Below are positions 37,483-51,380 of a stretch of 64,000 nt of DNA, piece by piece. The notes beneath the pieces were generated by a model. The model saw nothing but the letters and a program-made list of their open reading frames with translations, was not told the origin of the DNA and did no database searches. How positions within the stretch are numbered: the stretch's first letter is position 1; each line of letters opens with the position of its first letter. The position numbers were made by a program, and so were the translations under genes. Source of the DNA: Felis catus (lineage: Eukaryota); NCBI RefSeq assembly GCF_018350175.1, contig NC_058368.1, positions 44,642,001-44,706,000 of the forward strand. The letters are read 5' to 3'.

Positions 37483-37690
37483 TTTTTTTTATTTTTATTT
37501 TTTGAAATTTATTCATTTTTGAGGGGGGGGAGGGGCAAAAAGAGAGACACACACAGAATCCAAAGCAGGCTCCAGGTTCCAAGCTGTCAGCAGAGAGCCC
37601 AACGCGGGGTTGGAACTCATGAACTGTGATGTGAGATCATGACCTGAGCCAGAGTCAGATGCTTAACTGACTGAGCCGCCCCGGTGCCCC
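37483..37690 (-). mobile_element. CAN-SINE just downstream of the KLHL1 poly(A) signals
   Basis: Core motif; flanking ccttatca repeat. Confidence 0.88.
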
Positions 37691-37726
37691 AGCCTTATCA
37701 GTTTTTCACTCAGATTTGAATTAAAA

Positions 37727-37775
37727 TTTATTGAAGAAAGATACAGTGATAAAAGCAAATTTTCTATCATTTATT
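37727..37775 (-). terminator. Candidate KLHL1 polyadenylation signals (AATAAA at 37770-37775 and 37727-37732)
   Basis: tttatt on + strand at both positions, at the end of the repeat-free UTR-like region. Confidence 0.6.
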
Positions 37776-38843
37776 AATTATATTTAAAATTTACATGAAT
37801 CTATTAAGGACAATGTGTAATGTTTCCACTTTATGCTTTAAACAATTACAAACATTTGGCATAAAATAATGTGCATATCAATGTAACAAGTTTGAAAAAT
37901 GGGGAATGAGAATCTGGAGTCTGCCCTCCTTCTAACAATGATCATTAATACTCCAAATGAATGGATCATAGATTTCTCCCTCAAAATTCTAAGTTGTTTT
38001 TGTTTTTTTTATGAACAAATTTCTAAAGGACTTGAACATGCAGTGATATATATAACATTCAGAGTAACTAGCTTCCATGCTTACACTGAACTCAACGTAA
38101 GGCAAAAGCCCATAATTGTACTGATTCTTTGGCTCAGTGTGTTCAAAAAGCAAAGCAATGTGGTAAGCCTAATGAAAACAATCCTTTGTGTTTGCCAGCT
38201 TCAGATTGCTAATACGGCTGCAACAAATTTCAACCATCCACTCTGATGATATAGCAGTTTTGATTAGCAGAACAGTTTGTTTTCTGAATGCAAGAGACAG
38301 GCATGAATCTGTTTCTCTAATTGTTCTCATAGTTGAGAAAATGAGGAAGAAGCGTGTTTTAATGAAATATCATTCTGCCTCCTGGAATGACCACAACTGA
38401 TTAGGAAAATAGTAAACCAATCAGGTCCTGTCAGACGAAATATCATGTCTTTGACCTCTTTGATATTGCCACAAACTAATAAAACAATTGAATGAGTTGT
38501 AGTCATGAAATTATCCGTGTCACAAATATTGGTCTCTCCTCTTAATTGCTCAAGAAAAACAAGCCTTTGGTAACTTTAGTTATTGTATTCTACAATACAA
38601 AACAAATTACCAATAACCATTCCTGAACTAACTAATATACGGCCAGACATTGTTTCACAGCAGTTTGATGGTTTTTTTTTATTCTTATAATTCTTTTTGA
38701 TAGTCTACCTCTTTTGACATCAGTAGGTAAATCTACAGAAATCCTTGTTCTTGAAGAATTTTCATCTCAGGAAATTCTCATTCTTGCTCTCTGTTATAAA
38801 AATAACCACTCCAGCAAATAAAATCTCCCCAAATAAAAATAAG
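37750..38843 (-). other. KLHL1: KLHL1 3' UTR (distal end approximate)
   Basis: Repeat-free AU-rich stretch after the TGA, ending near AATAAA hexamers. Confidence 0.75.
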
Positions 38844-38903
38844 TCAAGGTTGCTTGATGACTACCACACAGGCACCTGCTCTCCCGATATTCAAAGAAGC
38901 CAT
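38844..38903 (-). CDS. KLHL1: KLHL1 terminal exon, coding part (MASLNIGRAGACVVVIKQP*)
   Basis: Too short for the ORF track. Minus strand reads ttcatctttttcaacag|ATG GCT TCT TTG AAT ATC GGG AGA GCA GGT GCC TGT GTG GTA GTC ATC AAG CAA CCT TGA; phase 0, matching the upstream donor. Confidence 0.95.
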   Translation of the reverse strand: MASLNIGRAGACVVVIKQP

Positions 38904-40627
38904 CTGTTGAAAAAGATGAAACACAACTTAAGACAATTTTTACTGTCATAGAATAGTATACAAATTGTAATGTATTTAAAACACTCATATGTGTTAAAAT
39001 CATAAATACATGTGCTTCTATTTTCCCAATTTAGCCACAAGTAGTACAATAAAAATGGAAACAATGAAAATGGCATTTACAAAAGAGCAAAAATTTGCAT
39101 ATTGAAGTTGTTAAAACCTGCAGTCATTTGTGGGATTTTTAATACAAGTAATAAGATATTTAATGATTTTTAGTGACATAAAGATACTATAGAAAAGTTT
39201 CCAACGAAGATTTATTTCTGGGCTTGCATGGACACATTTCTGACAATACTTCATAGTGGTATCTTGGAATATATTTCAGATCAAATAGCTATTACACTTA
39301 TTGAAATAATTTTGAAGTTATTTCCCCAGATACTCTACTGAATTAAATGTGTTATTCATTCATTCTAAACAGAGACATACGATGAAGTAACTTCAATATT
39401 TTTTCATAAATAAGCCATAATTACAATTTCTATAGTGCTTATTAAAAAAATTCTACCTTATGATAGTCATAAAAATGAGAATTGAGATGTTTTTAATAAT
39501 CCTGAGTATGAAACTGGCTAGAAATATATTAAAAACAATAATTTTTACACTTTGTAATGAAAATTTATTCCATAGAGGTAAGAGTTGAATAATTTGAGCA
39601 TTTTGATATGAAAGATTTTCATTACAGTTTTCTAAGAATAATTTATGCACATAAAAATATCAGAGTAGGCTAGAAATTACAGGATATTATCCCAAGCTGA
39701 GAAGAAAGTGAATAAAATGTAAGAAATAAAACAGCTAAGAGAAAAATAATCTCAGATCACATATATTATCTTATTGATTGAGAAAGGATATGGTTTCACT
39801 CTCTAATATGAAAATCACCATCCATATCTACAGTTCTGTTAAATGTACTTACTGTTACCTGCCATCCCTTTGCAGAGTTAACACACATACACACGTGCGC
39901 ACGCACACACACACACACACACACAAGCACACAGAGCAACTTCCTATGTGATAATTTTTTATTCCTTTCATTCGTATTGAGAATAATTTTTATAGATAAC
40001 CACATCATCTTTATAATCCTATCATGTATTGTTATTTTTGTGATAGGTATGTGAATGGAATGTCAGGGAACAATATATAAAGCAACGTATACAAACTGAA
40101 ATGTATCTCACTCCAAAATGCACATACTCCTTCCATTGTCCCTCTTTTTAAAGTATTGTTTCATATCAAAGTCATCTAACGAACTTTTACAAAGTATATT
40201 TGCTCATGCCCTACCACTCAATAGGAATGGGATGAATATTGGGTACTTGTATTTTTGAAAACTTTCCCAAATACCCTCCAATGTTCATTCAATACTGAGA
40301 AATGCTGTGCATAGTTTCTAGAAAAAGTATAACATGAATAGCTTCACTTTATATCTACATCTACATCTCCCTACATGCATGAGTGTGTTTATAAAAATAA
40401 ATCTCTGCACTTCTTTGCAAAAATGTGTTGTTCCTCCTGTGATTCCTGTGCCAGTTAATGACACCACTCTCAAGTTACTCAAGATAGACACCTAGGGTAC
40501 ATCCATAACCTTTAGTTTTACCTCATCAACCCTACACCTGAATAATCATTAAGTCCTATAAGTATCTCTCCATCCAACCTAATTATACCTATTCCTGTCA
40601 GCTCACATTACAATTTTACCTTGAGTG

Positions 40628-41105
40628 TGAAGCATTGCAGTATGCCACCCAGGATATGCCACTTTGGCATATTGATTATTTTGAATTAAATGTACTTCAG
40701 AGATGATTGGTACAGAAAGGACTTGCTGACCCCCCTTGGTCCCACTGAAAGTGGGAGATAAATCTCCCATGTGAAAGGTAACCTCCCTGTACCAGGACAC
40801 TAGAAGGCATCCTTATCACCAGAGATAAGGAATTTAGAGCCAAGAATGCTGTATAAGTAAACTTTGTTACTTCTTCACCAATTTACTACCACAAGCTCAA
40901 ATCCCTTGTCAGTTCATCACAAATTTATCATTTTGTTGAAAAAGAATAAAGCTTCCTGCTTTGGCCACTTCTTTGACTCTCATATTTTTACGGAGTTCCC
41001 ATACATACAACATTAATTTTTTAATCCCATTCATCCATCTTATATTAATTTAATTATGAGACCAACCAAATAACCTAGGAGTAAAGAAAGGTTCCCACCC
41101 TTACA
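40628..41105 (+). mobile_element. ERV1-type solo LTR in the last KLHL1 intron, antisense to the gene
   Basis: tgaag...atatgccactttggcatattgattattttga...cccttaca. Confidence 0.75.
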
Positions 41106-41840
41106 GTGGATTGGTAAAATAACCTCCTAACAGATTTTTCTGACTCTAATCTTGCTTTCTCCTGTTTTTCACATCCTATCAAGTGCAATTATTTTAAAAC
41201 AGAATTCTGATTATTTACTTCCCTGCTTAAAATTCATTAACTCCCATTCAGCCTTATATTAAAGTCAAGATTCTAAAAACATGGCTTCTGGCCCTGCCTC
41301 ATATAGACCCTGTTTATGTCTCCAAACTCCTTGCTCACCACTTTATTTTTGGCCAGTACAACATGTTACATGTTCTTCCTGCAATTCTTTTCAAATTCTG
41401 TTTCTCGAACCAAACCATTCCCCATATTTTTATCTGATTAACTATTAGCCACCTGTCAGGCCTCATTGTACATGCCATTTCCTGAAGGAAGATTTCTCTA
41501 CCCAATACACTTAAATTCTATCATATAGCAAAGTATTTCCCTTACCACAGAATTTATCATGCTATTTTGAGCATTAATATATTCTCCATAAATACATTTA
41601 AACACTTAAGAGATATTTTGTCCTTTTCCCCCTTGCTCTAACTTTGTATTATATATATATATATATATATATATTAATCAATTAATTTTTATTTATTTTT
41701 TAAACCTGCTATGTTCTCCCTCCAGGGTTGCACCTTCAACCCTAGAATGACAACCTAGAAAAGTTGGCCACAGAAGCAATTATAAAAAAGAAACTGAGAA
41801 TGTAGATATTTCACCAGGTTCCCCTGGAACTTATTCTCTA

Positions 41841-42302
41841 CAGTAGTCCCCTCTTGAAGGGGGAATATGTTCCAAGACCTCTAGAGGATGCTTGAAACCA
41901 TGGATAGTACCAAACACATTCTATACTGTTTTTCTCCTGTACATACAGACCTATGATAAGGTTTAATTAACAAATTAAGTACCATAAGAGATGAACAATA
42001 ATAGCTAATAATAAAATAGAACAATAATAACAGTATACTATAATAAAAGTTACGTGAATGTGTTCTCTCTCTCAAAATATCTTGTGCTGTACTCACCCTT
42101 CCTCTTGTGATGATGTGAGATGATAAAATGCTTATGTAATGAGATGAAATGAGGTGAATGATGTCGGCATTGTTACATAACATTAGGCTACAACTAACCT
42201 TCTGACAATACATCAGGAGGAGGATCACCTGCTCCCAAACTACAGCAGCCCATTGTTAACGGAAGCCAGGAAAAGCAGAAGTGCAGATAAGGGATACTAC
42301 CA
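41841..42302. mobile_element. Tigger2a-like Tc1/mariner non-autonomous DNA transposon
   Basis: TA target, left TIR cagtagtcccctctt, degenerate right TIR gataagggatactacca, typical internal sequence. Confidence 0.85.
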
Positions 42303-45038
42303 TATATCTATTGTGTGTAAACAAACTAAACTCATACACAACAGAACTGAGTTGCAACAGTAATATTCAACTAATTTATTTAAGAAATATTCACATTGTC
42401 TCTTACTCCGTGCCAGCAATTTTGCTAGTCTTCGGGGAGATGATAGTAAATCACACACTATCTTTATAGTTACGGGTGGATAAAACATAACAGCACTATG
42501 ACAATGTGCCAAGACAACACACGAAAGGGTGATTTTACCCATACCAGGGAAAATGGAAGAAAGTTCTTTTTTTATGTGTTGAAGCACACATATTTTTTTT
42601 CAAATAAAACAGAAGAAATAAACCCAGTGTTAAATGACAAAGTCAAATTTATTAAAACACACACACACACACGTACACATGTATACATGTATGCATGTAT
42701 TCTCGGTAAAACTATCTTAAGACATGAATCTGGAAACTGATCCCTAATCTATTAACATTATTTATAATTAGCTAGCTTAGGAAGTGTTCCAAATATACAT
42801 TCTTCGATATTTTAATATAGTTTGTTTATTTACTCTAGTGCTCAGCCATTTGGGGACGCCAATGATAAATAGGATAACATATTGGTTTTTTCCATTTATG
42901 GGGTAAATGGAGGGAAAGTAACAGGCATTGTCCAGCACATATGGGATTTTTTTGCCAGGGACCTAGAATCCTGAAAATTTTCAAAGTGATTTTGTGTGTG
43001 TCTGCTATCTTAAAAATATAAATAATGAAAATATATAGACATAAAATCTTAGAGTAATTTAAGTGCTTTACAATTAATGTTTATTGTGCTTAAACAAAGT
43101 TGTTGTAAAACATTTTTGTAAAGCTGTTTTAAACCATTTTAAATACCACCTTCCTGTTTGTAAGTTGTTATATGATCCAAAACACAGCACAATAAAATAC
43201 AGATGAGGGAAAATAGTCTTCAGGAGAATTTTACCTATTATTACTACACAGATTATTTTGATTTTAATTTCAGAAGAATGATAAGCAAAATGGCTCATTA
43301 TTATAAACATGAAATGAAGATTACATTCTATCATTGATATGCCCGTAAACTTCCTTTATTTGTTGTTCATTTGTGAAAGTGGCACATTTTAAATATGTAT
43401 CATTGAACTGGTACATTTCCTTGGCAAATCAACAATCATTAATACATGCAGTGTCTCCTTTGTAAACACTAGGGAATCAGAAGGAGGATAGGTTAAAATA
43501 TCCTCTAAAAACTTAGTGCAATAATTACAAACTGCTTTTATATTTGCTGCTCTTTGGATAGGAGATGATTCTTTTCTTAGAATTAAAGTGAAACACAGAA
43601 AACCACACGACCCAGTTTTCCAAAAACTTTCCCTTCTTTCCTTCATTCTGCCTTCTTTTTTCCTTAGCCAAATTCATTTATCTCCTGTGAAATCAAAGGA
43701 TTTTCTCTTAGGGAAGGGTATGATCCATAAGGCAGTCTGGACATTCGGAATTTAGTTTTGTACTTCAGATTCAGCCTATTTCAATATTGTGATTGAACAT
43801 ATCGAAACTGGCACAATCAAGGAAGTTATATATCTTTAAAAGTAAGTATCTTTAAAAGAAATTTACTTCAATCAGTGTTCAAGTTCTTCAGATAAACTTT
43901 GTTCAATTTCTGCAACCCCTCCTCCCTCAAAAAAATGGAACCCTCCATCCACTGAGGAATATTAGATGAGGTTCTTATTCTGCTTCAACTCAATAAGACC
44001 TTTGAATCTCATTGCATCCATTGATGGAAATGGTTTGTTTATTGGAATGGTATCTTGCTTCTAAGTTTCTGATAAAGGGGAGGAATAATAGAAACACTGA
44101 GAAATTTGGAGTAGAAAGTAATAAAATACAGGGACACAAGTCTTAGAATATATCCATTCCCTCCGTTAAAAGTGAGGTCATAGTAGTTATACTGAATAAG
44201 GGGTTTTCCATTATAATTTGGTTGCACTGCCCTTATTTTCCCCCAGCACCCACACATGCAACACAAATCCTCAGCTATGTGACCAGACAGGGAGCTGCCT
44301 TATTCTAGCATTATCCTGAGTCTCTAACTACAGTGTACTGTATATCAAGGGATAGCACCTCACGTAAGATCAGCTAATTATTTCACTGAATCTTCCTGAC
44401 CAAAGTGATTGTCTGGGAGTGAGCACTTTCTACATGACGGATCATTTAGAGCCCTTTGCTGTTTGTTTCTTTGTTTTGTTGTTGTTTTGTTTTGTCTTTT
44501 AATTAAAAAGCAGGTGTTTTGTTTTTGTTTTTGTTTTCTGTTTTTGGTTGTGAGGATTGCTTCTTGGAGTTTCTAGCATCTCCACTCCATGGTAAATGTT
44601 CTCTGCAGTCGGTAACAGTGGGCCTAATAAAGGGAGTAAAGCAAAAATGGGAGGCAGGAAGTTGATTTCTGTAGCTTTCCATCTTCTTATTCCAGCTATC
44701 TCTAAAACCAAATATGCTAAAGTTAGGATTTTGTGAACCAATATATTCCACTTTGATTTTTTTTTTGTTTCAGCTAATTAAAATTCAGTTACTGTTCCTT
44801 GTTATTACTTATAATAAAGTGGAAATCCCATTGAAGCATGAATATCACATTTTAATATGAATTTTATTAATTACAAAATACATAAGAGAAAAGTACACAA
44901 AACATGTGATTTAGTGAACTTTTTACAAAATGAACATGAAAATGGGCTAAATCAATCACTTGGGGTTCAAGGAAATTTAGAACGAAGTAAATGAAGTAAA
45001 TTCTTGTATTTGAAGTATTATGCTGGCAACACTCTTAC

Positions 45039-45210
45039 CTGTGTCCACTCATTTGTTTGTGGATCATAGGATTCCATAGTGTTGAGGTATGTCTGCCCAT
45101 CATAGCCACCAACGGCATATAATCTGTCACCAAGGAGACAGACTCCAACAGCATCTCTGGGCATACTCAAAGGAGCCACCATGGTCCATGTGTCTGTTTT
45201 GGGATCATAT
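45039..45210 (-). CDS. KLHL1: KLHL1 penultimate coding exon, kelch repeats
   Basis: Acceptor ttttag|A and donor CAG|gtaag; 172 nt. AG+A completes an Arg codon with the upstream exon; translates [57 protein letters not shown]. Confidence 0.96.
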
Positions 45211-46750
45211 CTAAAATGTAAGGAAAATAGGACATAGCATATCCTAACCACATTCAACTTTGAGTATGTGGAAAATACTCTTTCAAAAGCACACCATGAA
45301 AATCAAAACTGCGTTTTTTCTAAAAGCTCAATCATTTGAGCAGATGTTCGAGAGTTAATATCCACAATGTCTGGCTTTCTAAACTTTAAGGTGTTTAAAA
45401 AATATACATAGACTCTTAGTTGGATGCACAGTCACTCAGCAGAAAAATTTGCATCATGATTTCTCTCCAAGGGAGTCGGATATGTAAGCCACTATTTTCC
45501 ACTGTAGAATGAGGTTCTGTCACACAAACATAAGCAAAATGCTATGGTAATGATACAGAAATAATGGTTAAAAATCTGGGAGAATTATGGAATTCCCCCA
45601 CAGTTGAAGTCTCCTTTAAATAAGGTCTGAAAGTGTAACCTAACTTTTCTAGAAGGAAAAGGAGAAGTTTATGCAAAAAAAAAATCTGAAGTGCTAATGA
45701 AAATGCATGGCCAGCTTTGAGGAAAGCAGGGTTGCAGGGTGGCTAAGTTCAGGGAGGTAACAAGGAGCAGAGTGCCTGAAAGGGTAGTTTTTGATCAGCT
45801 TATGCATTGTGTGATGGGTAGGAAAGCATTCTGTGTTCCAGTAACAAAACTGGGGGAAAATAATTACAACATGAACAGAACTGTGCTTTAGTGGCTTTAT
45901 TTGGGATTCACTGTAAGGGAGAGATTGGTAAATCAAGACACTGAAGCAGGGGGCCCAAGTTATCATTACTGAATTTAAACCAAAAATAATTTAATTTCCA
46001 GAAATTCTGATTTCCATACATTATATATGAATATTTCGTATTTTGAGTGGCAGAAGCCTGAAGAATACTTTGGTGAATGGACTTTACTTCAGCTAAGAAG
46101 GATTAAACCACTTCTTTGCCTTTAACCTGCACCTGCAAGGTCAGATACGGAAATGAAAAAGCTAGTACAAGCCAAGCAGAGTAAATATAAAAGAAGACAG
46201 GGTCAAAGTTTTTTGTTTTTTTGTTTTTCTTAACAGACACAGCAAACATATTTTTAGTTTGTTCTTCTACTCAAATCTTGTGTTTCACCAACTGAAACTT
46301 CCAACCCACAGACTCCTAAAACAAAGAAACAAACACAAACAAGCAAAAACAAAAACAAAAACAAAAACCTACTATAGTTTATTGAAAACAAAGAAGGTTG
46401 TTACAAAAGAAAAGGCTGAGAATACCCCAAAGATCTGAAATTTATATTTCTCTGTATTCATGTTATCCAAGATGCTACATGCATTTACATGCCATGGTTG
46501 GAAAGGTTGTGACAGCCAAGATAATTTACGTGAAATGAGAGACTGGTTGAATGCCTCCAAAACCAGGACCACCATGAACCATATGCTATGTAGCAAATAA
46601 AAATGTAATTTTACATGCTGTAGTTAATAAACTCAAAACATCACAAACACAGGCACCGATAGACACGCATAAACACTTAATCTATACCATCAAAATCTTA
46701 TCATGAACATTTTGAAATATAAAAGATTTTTTTTAAATAAGGACAAAATT

Positions 46751-46938
46751 GGAACACCTGGGTGGCTCAGTCGGTTAAGCATCTGACTTCAGCTCAGGTC
46801 ATAATCTCATGGTTCATTAGTTCAAGCCCTCCCCCCCCCCCCCCCCCCCCGCCCTTGGGCTCTGTGCTGACAACTCAGAGTCTGGAGCCTGCTCCAGATT
46901 CTGTGTCACCCTCTCTCGCTGCTCCTCCCCCGTTCATG

Positions 46939-46974
<36 letters not shown>

Positions 46975-47012
46975 AATAGATAAACATTAAAAAATTAAAA
47001 AGAAAATAAAAA
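46751..47012 (+). mobile_element. CAN-SINE with internal poly(C) run
   Basis: TSD aaataaggacaaaa. Confidence 0.88.
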
Positions 47013-47069
47013 TAAGGACAAAAAAGAAGAAGAGGAGGAGGAAGAAGAAGAGCAGGAGAAGGAGGAGGT

Positions 47070-47630
47070 AAAGGAAGAGAAGACATCTCAAGGAATGAAA
47101 ATAGTAGAATCCAGAAAGTGGAACATTTTATAGGTTAGCTGACTGAATTTTCCAAAAACTCAGTAGCAAAAACAAACAAAAGCCCCAGTTATAATGAATA
47201 ATTAGGAAGAAGTAGCTATTCTAAATAAATTTGACTTCAACGTGAGAAAAAAATGAGTGGACCTTATTTGGATCCCCATTCAAATAGACCAACTATTAAA
47301 AGATGAGGTATGTTGAAATTTTTAATATAGCCTGGGAATTAGATTTTAATAAGGAATCACTTAAGTTTTTATTAATACTGATAATGGCATTGTTGTTATG
47401 TTTAAAAAAAAAGTCCTGTTCAGTTTTGGTTGTTTGTTTCAAGATGAATTTAGAAATGTTTTGAGCTAAAATGATATGTTTGAGAATTTCTTTGAAATAC
47501 TTAAAAAAGAGTGAAGGGGAAAGGCTGAAACAGGAATGACACATTGGTGATAGTTGTTGAAGCTGGGTAATGAGTATAGGGAAGTTTATTGTATTGTTTA
47601 GTTTTTTGTTTGTCAGGAAAGATCTGTAGT
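47070..47630 (+). mobile_element. Ancient L1M 3' end fragment
   Basis: gtggaccttatttggatcc...gataatggcattgttgttatg...ttgttgaagctgggtaatgagta. Confidence 0.6.
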
Positions 47631-48063
47631 AAAAATAACCTTAGAAGTAAGAATGTATAATACACTTTAATTTCAGTGAAAAGTGAACGTTCTTTACACT
47701 TTATTCATTCTTCAGTAAAATCCAGGCTGGCTTCTGTCACAATCACTTCACCTAAATAGCTTTTTCTGAAGTCATATTTTATCCCTCATTTAATTGCTAT
47801 TCAGCTCTATAGAATTTTTTTCAACTATTGTCTGCAAAGCAGACTTTGTCACTTGGCAAAAAGGCAGAAGAACTGAGAAAATAGCTAACACTAGTGTGTG
47901 AAGAAATAATAAGTTAATTTCTAAAGACTCATGAAATTTTAAGTGACACTCAAATATTGAACAATTCTCAAATACTCACATTCCAGGGGAAAATAAGAAA
48001 ATGCCAGTATGCCCTATATTTAGTACACATTTAGAAATAACATTCTATATTTAGAAATAGATG

Positions 48064-48065
<2 letters not shown>

Positions 48066-48107
<42 letters not shown>

Positions 48108-48160
48108 TGGCATATATATATACATATATACATATGTGTGTGTGTGTGTGTGTGTGTGTA
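48066..48160. repeat. Compound (AT)n...(TG)n microsatellite
   Basis: Read directly. Confidence 0.9.
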
Positions 48161-50619
48161 TAAAATGTGTATATAATTTTACAAAATTCCTAAAGGGAAC
48201 TTTACAAATTTAATGCATTCTAGAAATCCAGACCTTTGATTGGATATACCTGTCTTCAGTGCTATGTAACGTATTTTTTTGTAATAACAAACTTTTGATT
48301 CATATCTGGCAATGATGAAAATTTAAATTTATATATTGCAATTCAAAAATGAAATCTAACCCAAACAAAAACAATCCAACCCCTTCCTACCCATACACAC
48401 ACTCTCCCCTAGATATTTAGAAAGTAAATACACAAATACAAGGTTACCTACTAGTGGTTATTTTGTTTTTTACATTAAGGACTCTAAATTAATTTTTCTA
48501 TATTCAGAACTCAATAGATTCACCTTTCAGCCCAGGGATATACAAAATTGTAACCCCCTAAAGTGAAATAAACGGGCTTTTTTTTACCTTAGGAGAGGAT
48601 CCACAGATGTATAACCATTTCCCAAACAATTATTAACAGTGAACTCTGTCATTGTTGGGGGTGGGGTTCACTTAGTTTTCACTAAGTTCCCCCAATTTTT
48701 TTTTCTGGTTGCCTGTTCATTTTTTTGAAAGAGAAAAAGGTGGAGTGGGAGGGGGTTGACTGTCTTTTTGTATTTAGGCTGTCAGCCTTTCCTACATCTC
48801 ACCTTGGCCTTTGTTGTCACAGTGTGAGCTCTGTATCAGGGATGCTATTAAACTTTATAGCCCTCAGGAAAGAGAAGTGCCAGCATGTAGGGGCTAAAAT
48901 TGGCTATAAAATGAAAACTTGCTGAAGGCATATGAGAGTCACAGAACAAAACTTAGTGTCTCATTGAAAACCTCCATTGAAGCTTTTGAGGTACCATTAG
49001 TTTTTTAAGCCCCCCCTCCTTTTTTTACATTATTTAAGGATAAAAATTGATCTTAAAATATTAAAGGGAAACTTTTTAAGTATAAAAGCATTACCTCAGT
49101 AACCAATAAAATTAAAAATACTCATTTTCCTAAACTTGTATGGCAATATTCAGCTACAAAGCAAATTAAATGACATAGAAGAGATCTGTAGCCAGGTTTG
49201 TTCGCCTGTAAAACAAAACAAAGCAAATAAGTAAAAAGAGAAATAAGAAAAGATGAGATCCATGCTACAAAAGTAAACTTCTCTGAAAGAGCTTTTAGAT
49301 TTCTAGGAAATGAATTATACCATCTATAGTTGAATTTTCATAAATTATTTGAATTAGGCAATCAAGCATGACAATAATGCTGGTCAAAAATAAATAATTT
49401 CATTTTTCCTGTAAAGAAAACGAATATCTACCAGGCCTCATGAGATTTTCAAAACAGATGTACCTTGACTTCAGAAATTTTCATGACAGGAATGGAAAAT
49501 AAATTAATTTTAATAAAATTAATTTTTAAAAACTTCAGAACAACTGTAAAAATGTTCCTATAAACATCCTTGCTCAGATATTTTCATACATATGCATATC
49601 TAATGGGTATTTAGGAATAGAATTTGTGGGTCAAAGAGGAGGTATATTTTGAAATGTGGTAGATACTGCCAATTGGTATTATAGAGTCTGGGCAATTTAC
49701 AGTCCCACCATGAGTGTCATGAGACTTTCAGTTGCTCTCCATCTTCTCCAGCATGTGGTATTAGCTAATTTCACTTTAGCCTGTCTAGTAGGTCCTGGTA
49801 TGACATTGTGACTTTAATTTGCATTTTCCTGATGACTCCAAGCGTTTTTCCCAATAGTCATTTTTTCAAGAGCTCTTCTCCCAATCTTCTGCCAACTTTT
49901 TCTAATGTTTTTAAGTTCTTTGAAAAATCATTTCTAGAATTTAATTTTTGGAAACAAAGCCTTTGTTGGTTAAATGCGTTGCAAATATTTTTCCCACTCT
50001 CTGGGGTAAATTTTTAGTCTTCATGCTATCTTTTGAGGAAGGACCTTTTAAATTTTTTTTTCTTTTTGAGTAATCTCTACATGCAACATGAACCTCAAAC
50101 TCATGACCTCAAGATCAAGAGTCGCATGTTCTGTTAACTGAGACAGCCAGGCGCCCTGATGAAAGGTATTTTAACAGGAATATTTGTCTTTATGAATGAC
50201 TCTTTCCAGATTCAGTTTAAGTAATCTTTCACTTCCCTAAAACTGTAAAGATTACCCCCTCTGTTATATTATAAAAGCTTTGTTTCTTATTTACATTTAA
50301 AATGCATCCTGAATTGATTTTTGGTATGAGATGAGATGGAGCTAAAACTGATTTTTTTTCCACATGAGATGTGCTCTTTTGCCTTTGCCGTAAGTCAAGA
50401 TTCCTCATATGTGTGATTCTATTTCTGAACACAAATCTGTTTCACTTGTCTACTCATTTGTACTAGGCCATTACCACAATATCTTAAAGTAACTTTATTA
50501 GTTGTAACATGTAGTACTTCAAAATTTTCTTGAGATTTGGGGTCCTTTTCATTTTTATTTAAATTATAGGATTAACTTTTCAACATTACATCCACAATCA
50601 CACTCGACAAACATTTACA

Positions 50620-50647
50620 ATTTTTAAAATTTTTTTAAATGTTTATT

Positions 50648-50687
<40 letters not shown>

Positions 50688-50864
50688 CACGCCCGCACAA
50701 GTCGGGGAGGGGCAGAGACAGAGAGGGAGACACAGAATCCAAAACAGGTTCCAGGCTCTGAGCTGTCAGCACAGAGCCCAATGGGCGGCTGGAACCTGGG
50801 AACAGTAAGATCATAACCTGAGTCGGAGTAGGATGCTCAACTGACTGAGCCACCCAGTTGCCCC
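50620..50864 (-). mobile_element. CAN-SINE
   Basis: Full body with long (GA)n. Confidence 0.88.
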
Positions 50865-51076
50865 AACAGTTACAATTTAAATAAGGATTGCAATGAATCC
50901 ATAAAACATTTTAGAGGACAATTCTTCTGTTCCATGAATGTGACATTTCCCTCCATTTATTTAAGATTTTTTGAAACTTTTCTCAATATTTTATTTTCCG
51001 TTTAGAGGTACTGCATATCTATTGTAAGATTCATTGCTAGGCATTTTTTAAACTTTTTAATGGCAATTAAAAAGTT

Positions 51077-51243
51077 TATTTATTTATTTATTTATTTATT
51101 TTTTATTTTATTTATTTATTTAATTTATTTATTTATAAATAATTTATTTATTTATTTATTTAAAGATTTATTTATTTATTTATTTATTTATTATTTTATT
51201 TATTTATTTATTTAAAGATTTATTATTTTTTTAATTTAAAGAT

Positions 51244-51279
<36 letters not shown>

Positions 51280-51380
51280 AGATTTTATTTTTAAGTAATT
51301 TCTACACTCAACATGAAGTTCGAACTTACAACCCTAAGATTAAGAGTCACATGCTCTACTGACAGCCAGCCAGGTACACC
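51077..51380 (-). mobile_element. Short-form CAN-SINE with greatly expanded (TTTA)n tail
   Basis: SINE body ~51285-51380; flanking taatggcaa repeat at ~51058 and 51381. Confidence 0.75.

Noticed and set aside
37899..38400. Plus-strand ORFs antisense to the KLHL1 3' UTR
   Set aside because: Composition typical of random AT-rich ORFs; the known KLHL1 antisense transcript (ATXN8OS) lies at the gene's 5' end, outside this window.
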